This document shows positions 42,401-54,400 of a stretch of DNA of 64,000 bases, in pieces. Position numbers and translations under genes: made by a program. Numbering within the stretch: position 1 is the first letter of the stretch; each line of letters opens with the position of its first letter. Location of the stretch: the NCBI RefSeq assembly GCF_964355755.1, contig NC_092680.1, forward strand, positions 7,378,001 to 7,442,000, in the 5' to 3' direction. The DNA is from Antedon mediterranea. Taxonomy: Eukaryota > Animalia > Echinodermata. The notes beneath the pieces were generated by a model that worked only from the letters and a program-made list of their open reading frames with translations, had not been told where the DNA came from and did no database searches.

Positions 42401-45400
42401 TAGCTTAGTGGTTAACGCCTTCTAAATCCAAGTTCAGAGTTCAATTCTGACCTAGTGCCAGGCTCCCTACTCTGTCTACTCCACTCCCTGAGACTCAAAT
42501 TAATATTGGTTTATAAGCATGATTAAGTTTATCAATTCTGTAATTGAGGAGTTACTTGCTGTTAAATGTGTATTAAACAAAAAACAATTAAAAATAAAAC
42601 ACCAAAAAACAATACAAAGTGCAAGCCAAGCATCTCGCTTAAAAAAGAACTGCTTCAAAGAAAGAGAAGATGTGAACAGATGGTAGCCAATCATCAGTAT
42701 TGACAGCGGCCGAACTTGACCTATCTTAGTTCATTAGCACATTTTATGGGGTTCTTATTTACAGAAGCAGATTTAATATAGTATTTAAATATTTTTTATA
42801 TTTCTTTACCACAAGCCAGCAAAATCTGAGTCACTTAAAGTAGCATAAAATATGTATGTAAAACTATATTCTATATAGTGAGGACAAATACCTTCAGAAT
42901 ATCATCAGATGCAGCATCTGGAAACTTCTCTGTAAGTGAATTCCTTAGAGTCTTGGCAATGTACCTCATTCCATATCTTTGAAATAGAGAATAATTATTG
43001 TTATTATACGATTTTTCACCAAATATACATGATAAAAAATGAAACAGTAAAATTAGTGTCTCAAATTTAGACCAATAGAGTGATTACTTCCGTTTGCCAA
43101 CTATACTACTGTACCATTAAACATACAGTACAAAATACTGTATATAAGGTATACTAATACTTATTGTATTAGAGGACCCACTTTTATTATTCTAATTCCA
43201 TGACAAGCAAAAAAATCTTACGGAATATCATCGATAGCTGCGATGATACTGGATAAAAACTTGTCTGATAGTGAGCTGAGCTTTGTGATTGATTCTTGAA
43301 CCCGATTGGTTACTTCATTATGCCCCATTGCTGCTGCGGCTGTTGATACTTCATAAGGCAAATCTCTACAGAGTTAATCAGAAACAACAATTTACAACAG
43401 TACTGTTAGTGTTATACTGTTTAAATGATATACGCTATTGTTTGTGATATATTTACCAGATTTAAGCTTAAGGTAAATCCGTATTAAGCTCTGTTTATAT
43501 ATACAAACAAAAGTGTGATGTGCCTAAATATGGTAGTGATATGCCCAAATATGGTAATGATATGACATCACCATATCCATATATGGGCACATCACATTTG
43601 TTGGAAAGTTGGATAGTCAGAGCTTTACTATCAGTTGTGTAGTAAAATACCCCTCCGCAAAAATGGTTCAGTCCACCAAGTGACCCGAGGTCATGTGTGT
43701 CGTCCTGAAGAGATCAGCGGGCTTTTGAAGGAATAACATACGCACGAATAGTGGACACCGCTTATCGGAATAGGCACTGTGTGTTTATCGTGGTTTGTTC
43801 AAGTTATTAAAAGATTGTAGTATTGGCCATTGCTGGGCAATGAATACCAAAGAGGCCAGCCCAGTACGACAGGTAAGCTACACTAATTTCTGCTAGTTGG
43901 TTGGCGAGCAAAAACGTAAGTCCATTATTACCCTGGTATTAGTTCTGCACGTGCCCAGAAATTAAGACCACCTGAACTACGTTCCGAGGTTGGGGAAGGA
44001 TCCCTCTCTACGATGGCAATGGTTTAAACATCTAACCCGTTTTTGTGTAGCCCAGTGGGGGGGTTGTGTCATCCAATACGCCCGGTCAATACTCCTATGT
44101 AGATTCTTGGCGGGCACCGGCATATCGTGACACCCCTCCTACCCTGTCATTTCACGGTACACGGGTAACATCTACTGTTAGTTCAGGCCCAGGGGACTCC
44201 TCAGGCTGAACAGTCTAATATGGTTACTGCTAGCACAACATCAGCGTATACCCGGCCGCACACTCCCGTCTCTCACAGGCCTCAATACTATAACAGAGTG
44301 GGTAACCCACCAGCAAGGCGGACATCTAGAGAGATACCTCAGAGACTGGTCTTATGATAACAATGATCGTACATATTAAGACAGCAGCGAGAGTGACGGG
44401 GAATATACACAACCTTCATTTCACACTGAACACGATGAGTTCTTAGCGTCCTTTAGGGAGTTCTCATGAACCACCGAGCGCAGGGCTCCTAGACGATTTA
44501 ACATTTAACATTTTAGGTCAAAAGACATCCCTAAAAATCTGTCGTTTGTTTAGCAGGAAGGACAATTGGATTCTATTTTAACAGCGCTTCCTAAATTATG
44601 CTAAAGAATATAGCTTCAGCGATAGGGGAATGCGCGATGCTTTTCAATGGTGCGTTACAGGCATTGCTGCAGATTGCTTTATTAACATAACTCATATGAA
44701 CCAAGATTTATCTTTCAGGCATATTATAGGAGCTTTCGAGGCTGAGGAATTACCTGAAGTCTTGCAAGTGAAGTTGGAGGCAGCCAGTCAACAGGAAGGT
44801 GAATCAAGACTGAAAACTGGAGCGACCAAGTACTCATCCTAACGAGGAAGGCTTTCCGCGAACTTCCAAAAGACTGGATTCATCGGAGGGCAGTCGTGAA
44901 ATTCTGCATGGGCTGTCTCGATGCCGGTCAGTACATCCTACACCAGAACCATACTACTTTGGTGGGAGCACTGGCAGCCTACGAAAAGTATATTGAGGGA
45001 ACTTTTGTATTCGGCGAAGGAAGGGGGCGACCTAGAGAGCAGGTGAGGCCGCACGCAAGATTCGCAGGCGTACCTGACCAAAGATGTCACAGGTCGCCAC
45101 CCTCGTATACAATATAATCTTCTGAGATTGAGGAAGAGGTAGAGGTCTGACAGGTTGGCAAGTTTGGAAAGGGTTGGACTCGCCCCGCGAAACCTGTCGT
45201 CCCTGGAACTGTGGATAAGAAGGATCAACACGATTGCAAGGATTCTCCACGGCCAACCCCACCCCACAACCAGGATGGAAGCGGTCGAACATCAAGTGGA
45301 TTTCTGGACGATATCGTCGTGCTGGGAAAAACCTTTGAAGACCACCTGAATAACTTAACCACTATCCTGGGAAGATTTAGGAATGCCAACCTTAAACTAA

Positions 45401-48400
45401 AACCCAAAAAGTGTATTTATTTTTCAGAGAAAGGTAGAATAACTTGGACGTGTCGTTGGCGACAATTCTCTAACAGTTTCCGACACAGATGTAGAAGCCG
45501 TCCAGAACTGGCCAACGCCAACCAACCTGCGAGAGGTACAACAGTTTCTTGGTCTGGCTAACTACCACCGAGAATTCATCAACTCCTTCGCCAACCTGGC
45601 TGTCCAGTTGTACCGTCTGACTGAGAAGGGAATTTGTGCGGGGAGAGGACCGGCAGATTGCTTCCCACTCTCTCAAGAACGCGTTGGTTCAACCTCCTGT
45701 CTTGACGTTACCAAACATCCGGGATGAATTCATACTAGATGTGGACGCTACTGGTGGTAAACTGCTGCAGATGCAAGAGGGTAATGAACAAGTAATCGCC
45801 TACGCTAGCATCTGGCTCACTGCTGAACAAGGTTATAACCGAATAGGTTATTGCACAACCCGTTGAGCATCGGCAGGGTAAGTTGCACACCAATGCTGAC
45901 GCACTTTCCCGTCTTGGGGGATGTGAGCGCGGCGCCATCACTCCGGACAACCTGCCCAGTGGGGGTTGCACCTACTGCTAGAGGACGCACGCAAAATGGG
46001 CACGGTTCCGGGAAGATGTTGATGACATTGTACCCATCCCAAATTCGAGTAGGCGAGTAGAGAAGTGGGTAGTGAGGGGGTTGTGTGGGACCCGGGTGGT
46101 CGAGCGACCTTGGAAGTAACCCGGGCCCCCAATGGAATAACTAACATTTGTATTTTACAGGATGGAGATCGATTCAGCCGGAGACACCGACCGCCCGATG
46201 TTGGGGGTACTCTGTCAGTGAACTCCAAAAGGACCAACAACACAAGAATGCTGATCTCCAGCCTATCCTACGACCCTTCAACTAATGAGCTGTTCCTTTT
46301 CAGCCCGAGCACGAAGTTCTTTTGGTTGAATCGAGACCGTCGATGGCATTCTGTTCCTGAAACACAAAACTTCTGGCGAGCGCCTCTTGATACTGCCACG
46401 CGAACTACAGTTAGTCGCCCTGCGGCTACACCACGACCTCCCTTCGGCCGGACACCAAGGCATTGCCCGAACCTGTTTTCGTCTTAAGGAAAAGTTCTTT
46501 TGGTATGGCATGTCCAGGGTTATCGAAAGGTATGTAGCCAACTGTGAAGTGTGTAACCGCAATAAGAAAACCGGCCATAAAGCACGGTACCTTTTAACAA
46601 ACTTTCATGCAGGTACACCCATGGAACGGGTACATATCGATTTCCCTGGGCCCTTACCTAAAACCAACATGGGCAATGTATACATTCTCATGATAGTGGA
46701 CCAATTCACTTAATGGGTTGAAGCCAGCCCACTCCCTTGACAGCGGAGGTAACGGGCCGAGCCGTGGTAGGGAATTTCTTCTCCCAGTTCGGTTTTTCTT
46801 TTGTAACTCCACTCTGATCAGGGGATTAATTTTGAAAGTGAATTATTTAGTTCTTTATGTAAAGTTTTACAGATCCACAAGACCCGGACCACCAGCTACC
46901 AACCAGCTCCAGGTGGAACGATACAACCGGACACTGATGGATGCTGTGAGATGTTTTGTAGGCCGGCAACAGAAGGACTGGGATGTGTTTCTAACGCAGT
47001 TTGGTACCATGGCGCCTGCATGAATGTCTCGCCTTTAGACGCCCTGAAGCGATTGTATGGTACGCTGTTTAACTATTTTTTTGTGTTCTTGTATCTCCAT
47101 AGGTTGATTTCGGCACAACCGATATCCGGTGGCGTCCCCTGTCGGTAAAGGAGCAGGAAGAAACCCGGCGACAACTACTTGAATCTGTACGTACCCCAGC
47201 ATCAACGGCAGAGGTCAGTGGAGACGTGACCGGTGTGGAGACTTCCCTCTAATCAACGCCAGAACCACTACCATCAAGCGCGGCGACCTAGGATCTACGC
47301 CCATGTCGGAAAAACCTGGGAGTGTTCCCAGGATGCGTATTCGCACTACATGTTTTAAGCTACCATCCACTCCGAAGAAGACACAAACCAAACTCTGCCT
47401 GCTGCGGAAGTACGCCATCGAGATACTGGGTAGACCAGAGTGCACTTTGGACAACCTGGTCACCCAACTGAATAACGAAAAGGCTGTCGGTCGCATGTAG
47501 GCGGCATTGACCAGAGAACCCTTGACATGATGTTTGAGCTGCAAGCGGCAATCGGAGGTGAGCCGCCGGAGGGATTTACCTTTGGGCCACTCAACCACCC
47601 GGCGGCACTAATCCACTGGCGCTCCATGGTTGCAATGGCACAGCGGATGGATATCATCAGGATGAGCCAGCTAGCCGCTGAAGCTGAGGGCGAGAATCCC
47701 CTCGCCCAGCCTCACGCCGCTGAAGCTGAGGACGAGAATTCTCTTGGCCAGCCACCCGCCCTAAGAATACCAAACACAGTTTGACCACCAAAAGGAGGCC
47801 CAGGTCACCGACCCCCTCCAGGTGGGAGAAGAAGACCGTATGCACCACGATAGGAGCGTTCGACGCCCACTTCCACTGGGACCGCTTGCACTCCTTCCTG
47901 AGGCTGCCTCCTCAAGCAACGCTGATGGAGACCTTGATGCTGAACCAGCTGGAGCTCAGACAAAGCCGGTAAGACCTGTCGGGGGTGTTGCCATCTTTTG
48001 CGACCCTCCCTCCTACCCTTTAACAGAGTTTCATCGCCTTCGGCAAGAGGAGTATGAGGTGAGGGTTGGGGTTCACCCCAAGAAGGATGTCTCTCCAGGT
48101 TAACTCTCCCAACTGAAGGCCTTGGTGCGCTCCGGCGTTACCTGGGTGCTCGGGAAAATTGGCTTGGACCACTTCGTTCCGGTCGCCGATTGGTTTAGAC
48201 AGGAGGAGATGTTGCGTTGCCTTCTGGCACAGGGTTTCTCACCGCGACACCATCTAGCGATCTGCCTGCATCTGAGAGACAGACAACAAATTCCAAGAAG
48301 TGTATGCATTCTGCTTCATAATTTCTCCTCGACTATGTTAATGGTCGATAGGTTTAGGAGTGTTTTTCCCCTAACCTATTTCAGCTTTACACGGTCGGTG

Positions 48401-51400
48401 GAGAATTTCAACGCAGAGCAGAAGTTTTAAGTTGTTGTTATGTTATTTTAGTAAGGTGCTACTCCTAGAAGATGCACTGGGTTCAGTTATCATTAGCGTT
48501 AACCAGAAGTTATTGTTTTGTTTTACAGCATGACCACCCGAGCACCGGCCCTGGCCTTATAAGTGGGAAGTGTAGTGAAATACCCCTTCTGCAAAATGGT
48601 TCAGTCCACCAAGTGACCCGAGGTCATGTGTGTCGTCCTGAAGAAATCAGCGGGCGGGTTTTTTAGGAATAATATCGGAATTGTGTGTTTATCGTGGTTT
48701 GTTATTAAAAGAGAAAAAAAAATAGTAGTACAAGTAGTATTGGCCATTGCTGCGCAATGAACTCCAAAGAGACCAGCCCAGTACAACAGGTAAGCTACAC
48801 TACTTTCTGCTAGTTGGTTTATACTCTCGGCCGTTTTACAACAGTTGGTTTGACAAAATAAAGTCAAAGTACTTGCTAATTCAAAACAAGTACTGTAGTA
48901 TCAGGATATTAAATGGATTATTATGATGGACTATTATTCAACATATTTTGTATACTTTTACTGTTTACTTTTAACCGTTTATATTTGGAATAAAAATTAG
49001 TCTGTATTAACTTACGTAGCTTCCCCAGTCTCTGTCTCTTGTTGGTTAATCCACGTCTTGTAAACATCAATTGGATTTGTGTTGATGTTAATGTTTTTGT
49101 CATCCATTATTTCCTTAACCAATGGTTGGAGAATGCTTCTCAATGAACTCTGACCTTTAGCACCTCTGAAAAATTACCCAATATAAAGATTATAACAATT
49201 AAAACATTTTGTCAGATGGAGATGCAGCAGGTTCAAATTCTTTTGGGAGTAATTTATCACATGCTTCAATTTATGTGACTATAACCCTTGTGAGCTATGC
49301 TATGTGGAACCAGTTCTGTACAATATTTGTACTAGCTTATATTACAAACTCATATAATTTACCTGTTGAATGTAACCACCATTTTAATGACCATTGGGTT
49401 CCCTGTAATAATCTCCATCATCTTATCAACCTTTGACCTGAAACAAACCATCCAATCCAGTTTTCAGTATTTCAATTACAACTGCATTAAGTCTAGAATA
49501 ATGCATTATTTATAAATATAATATAAATCAAAAAATAAAACTACATGGATGAATGAATTACATAAGAAAAGAGGCGAAATACTTTGAAATATAATACAAA
49601 TTTGTTTAAAAATTATGACAATTAAAGTTGTTATGTAGTTTTACTGTTTATGAAATACTGTAATTAAAACAGAGAGCACAATGTGAATACAAATTGACAA
49701 AAGAGGTACTGTATAACATAAAAAAGATATTTAGACGTTTAACTCTTTAGGATGCTTACAGTATTTGGTATTTAACAATCCAACACTTATCCAACAGGAT
49801 GGATGGACAGTCATTTAATAGCTCAATGCTGGGAGTCTTATTTGAACAAACATGAATTTTAATGAACGCTCGCTTAAATGAATAGGGTGGTTTTCCTTCA
49901 CCTACACAACCATTGGATAATTAATTCTATTTTTAGACTCTATAATTAATGGTTTTAGAAGGGAGGCCTGCGTAAACATGTCATGCTACAACACACTGCA
50001 TGCTGCGAGAGTAAACTTTAACATTTGCAACAATAGTATAACAAATGTGCATTTAAAAAAAAGAAGAAAATATTAAAACTTTTGCATATAATTTCATAAT
50101 TGAATACAAATTGACAAGCTATATTAATGATTGCTATGGTAACATGATTTACTACAACTATTTTATAATAATGAGTGCAAGCAAAATGAAATGTATTTAA
50201 TTTGCGTTTAAAGAATCAAGGCAAAATTATTTTACTTAACTGCAGTGGCTTATATATTTTATTTACTTTTTTTGGGTAATCATACACAATGTTATTGCAA
50301 TGATACCTCATCAACCTCTACTAATCATGTATGTTACTGCAGTAAAAATGTATTACTGCAGAAAGTGCAGTAGAATAATTTTGACATGATTGCTATATAT
50401 AACAAAGCAAATGAAATAAATCAAAATGGATAAATATTAACAATGGTGAAACACTTTATATAGTGGTCAAATGTTATGAATTACCCACAATCCTTAATCA
50501 AATAAAATGAAAGTATATCAAGTTATAATTTACAGAAAAGACATAGAAACAGAGTGGGAACTCTAAAGATGAACCACCAAGTAAAGGAGTTTCTGACAGT
50601 GTAGGTACTGTGGTCCTTTAATAAGTTGTACCTCAAAAAAATGTTGTATACATGGCCGATCTTCTGTAGTAAACGACAATGTCGATTAGTCTTACATTCA
50701 TCTGAATGATGACTAAGCCAGGACTGTTTAAAGCACCTTTGGCTGATCCCAACATTGACCAAGGTCTTATCTCGTCCAGTGCCCACCTTAACCAGAGGAG
50801 AGGCAAAACCCAATACGTCTGAGGCAGATACTAGATGCAGGGGCTGCCATAAGAGTCAGCAGTGCTGATTTCAAATGCCTTATGTGTCCCCAGCTCCATA
50901 TACAGCACCCATTATTCCCAGATGGTGCTTAACTTCAGTGATCTTACGAGAACCGGTGTTTCAATGTGGTAGGGCCGTAGAAAAAATGTAGTACTTTAAT
51001 AAAAATAATGGTTCCTCAAAAGAGGTGGTACAATTTAGAGTTTCCACTGATCATGCTATCACTTAACCCTCAACCTAGTAGAGTTTAGTAGAATCACCAC
51101 CTCACAATTTAAACTTATGTTTAATTTATAATATTATTGTACAGTATTGTACAGTATATTTAAAACAGGTTTTTAACTTTCACTAGAACAATTTCTACTT
51201 CACAACATAAAATAATAAATAAAGCTGATGAACTTTTAAATGTAGTTTATGTACTATTTGTCAGTTTCATTCACTAAATCTATAATTGGTATGTATTTTT
51301 ACGTTTAAAAATATAGATAATATATTCCAATAAATTGTATAATGCAAAAAGAAAGAAAAAGTACAGAATAGTGCATACCAAAATGTTGAGTTCACACTCA

Positions 51401-54400
51401 AATAGATTTGTATTACACTCTAGTATATTCTCCAGGTCAAGGGTCAAAGTGTGAGATAATCAACAAACATACACATCTTGTTTCAAGTCCACTTATTCAA
51501 ATAATTTAGGGCAAAATTAAAAAGGATCGAAACAGAGTCATACATATTTGCTTAAACAATTTCATTCCAGAACGAACCACAAAAACACATGTTTCATTAA
51601 AAACATACCTTTCTAGGAAAAACTCAAAAAGAGAAAAATTTTCCCTGCAAATTCATTGATAATTTGGTTAAATATCATGTACATATATACAATTTGTAAT
51701 ACTGATTCAGAAAAATGAAATGACAATTTATATTAATATGGATTGGAGGGATGTTAATTTATTGATATAGGTTGATATTGATATGGATTGATTTATGTTA
51801 ATTTATTGACATGAATTGATTTATTTTAATTTACTGATATAGATTGACTTATGTTAAGTTATTGATATGCATTGATTTGTGTTAATTTATTGATATGGAT
51901 AGATTTATGTTAAATTATTGATATAGGTTGATTTATGTTAATTTATTGATACGGATTGATTTATGTTAATTTATTGATATGGATTGATTTATGTTAATTT
52001 ATTGATACGGATTGATTTATGTTAATTTATTGATATGGATTGATTTATATATTTTTATATTTATATATATTAATATTTCACTGAAAGCAAATGTCAGAAC
52101 ACTACTTCAGTAACAATACATGTAGAAAACATTTACAAACAAATTTAATTGATAAACTAGATAAAAATCATGCAAAATCTCTTTCTCTAGTTAAATCATC
52201 TTGGGATAAAAATTTAATTCTAGACTAATAATAAATTCTGAAATGTTGCATTCCTTAAATTGTGTGAATGAGAAACACAAGCAACTGTTTCAGTATTAAA
52301 TAATTGTATTGAAATTATTGAATAAATTGCACACAGCTACAACCCTAAGTGACACACACCGACATTTAGACATACCCCTTTTCGGCTCCAATTCTGATTT
52401 TATAGTAAATAGATTTGAAAGAGAAGAACATAAAATGTTAATAGTATTCTATTGACATTGACACAAAACAATAGGTTTACACAAAGGAATAAGATCGTGG
52501 GATTTCACAATTGACCATGACAAGGTATACATCAAAAAGAGAGTTGGTTTACACAAAACACTAAGGTTTGACATGGGCATGTGTACATTAGAGTAAAGCC
52601 TTGTCTACACTATCGAACTTTATGCGACAAAAAAATGTGATGTGCCCATATATGGACATGATGATGTCATATCACCACCATATTTAAGCATATCACTACC
52701 ATATTTAGGCACATCACACTTTTTTGGTCAAACTAGTTTGATAGTGTAGACAGAGCTTTAGATCTGTACTGATTTAAGAATCTTTCAAATTGTCTAGTTG
52801 GCCAATTAAAAACACAAATGCCATAAATAGTTAGTAATTGAGACTTATCTACTATATTTTGTGATGTTACTGTAGAGCTAACTGTCAAAATGGTGAATTT
52901 CAGACCACTTATTTACATTTTCAACAATGACAAGTTATTGCATTTGCAGAAATAGTCAAAAAATGAGATCCTGTAGCAATACAGTCAACATTTGAGACGA
53001 TTTTTAACTTTTTGCATTTTTAATAATTTATCCTAATATTGAGCTTTGTTTTTAACTACAAACAATATCTTTATGTATAAGAGTAAATTTAAAAAGTGAG
53101 TATTCACTAATTTGTGAATAACTTGTATTAGCAGTGCAACATTTTTTATATAATATAGTTTCGTAAAGCTTTTGCAGTGAGTAAAGCAGTAATATTTTAG
53201 GCCTTTAGGCCTTCCCCTTTAAGAGAATGGAATAGTCTTAAAATTGTCATTTTAATATGTACTATGTTTTATGGTTGATAGGAATGGGTGAATTGAAGTC
53301 TAATAGAAAAAAATATTTCACATCACACGGATGAATAGCTTTTGGAAAATACATGTTATGTTCACAGATTGTTGATTAGGAAGACAAATACTACAACAAA
53401 CATGTTTACAACAGGACGGAAACGGGAGAACAGTAAATACTTACAGCAGATGGCTTCACGTGGAAACAAACGACGAAAACAGCCAATGAGAAACGAGTGA
53501 ATTTATAAATTAAAAAGAGGGAAAATAAGAGAAATGGAAAGTTTAAGCTGGTTATAAGGAAGAAAAAAGGGTTAACAGTTAAAATAGTAAAACAAATAAA
53601 AATTAATAAATTCAAAATAATGTGAAAACATACTGTATTATTAATAAAAAAATTTTTCATTAAGAAGATAGATCAAGAAAATTATTTGAATTAAAATTCA
53701 TTGTGGTCCAAACTTTGCCATTTGAACCACTTGAATTAAACAAAACAAATGATTTAATGTTTAAAAAATGATATTTTCCCGTTAAGTAATATGTTATTTG
53801 ATAAAAAAATTACAGCATAATTATGAAATGATAGATAAAAATTTATGAAAATATCCCATATTAATCACGTAGCAAATTGTAATTATGATCTTTCAAAATA
53901 AACATTTTATGACAATTTTGCAATATTTGTATACAAACGATGAATAGAAAATGCAGACTAACACTTTTATTTTGCAACTAATATTTTATATGCATATTAA
54001 AATAGTTTACTATACAAATCAATTCTTACATATTTCTAAATTTGCTTGCAATGAAAGTATCTTCTGTAATAAGCCTTACAAAATGTTTTAATTTTTCTCT
54101 TTTTAAACTCACTTGATTTCTTCTTCAAGGGCTGTTTTAAACAGTTTCAGCAGCAAGTACTCTTCCCTCTGATTGGCTGCGTAGTTGTACAAAGACAAAA
54201 TGACAGACTCAAGGAATTTGGTTGTTTTTACTTGCGGCATAGCGAAGATGAGTTTAGCCAAGTAGTTTGGGTTGGTTTGTAGTTGGTAAAACAAGTGTTG
54301 GTACGATTCTAACATGTGTCTTTTCTCTTTGCTTAGCGATTTGATCCCGCTGGCTGGTCTGCCCATGTCTGCCGTCTTTAATTTCTTACTATGTGTTACA

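Larger units (their letters stand above)
43638..48843 (+). mobile_element. Decayed Ty3/Gypsy LTR retrotransposon with an extra TatD-like ORF, antisense in an IQGAP intron
   Basis: Two related LTRs starting TGTAGT (43638, 48571); end TTTTACAACA at 48843; GTTG TSD at 43634-43637 and 48844-48847; PBS-like TGGCGAGC at 43902; purine tract AAGTGGGAAG at 48561; RT-RNaseH-IN order. Confidence 0.93.

Noticed and set aside
42395-42470. tRNA gene
   Set aside because: Only degenerate A/B boxes, no full cloverleaf; continues into sequence shared with other dispersed copies, so a SINE.
47781-48430. Bacterial contamination or a host TATDN gene as the source of the TatD motifs
   Set aside because: The segment is inside TSD-bounded LTRs, on the element strand, has the element's composition and decay, and has no host-like exon structure.
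42187-49437. Loss of the RasGAP catalytic arginine and YYR in place of FLR as a novelty
   Set aside because: This is the normal, well-known state of the IQGAP GAP-related domain.
50901-50980. Functional 5S rRNA gene
   Set aside because: About 80 nt only, internal control region partly deleted, no T-run terminator.
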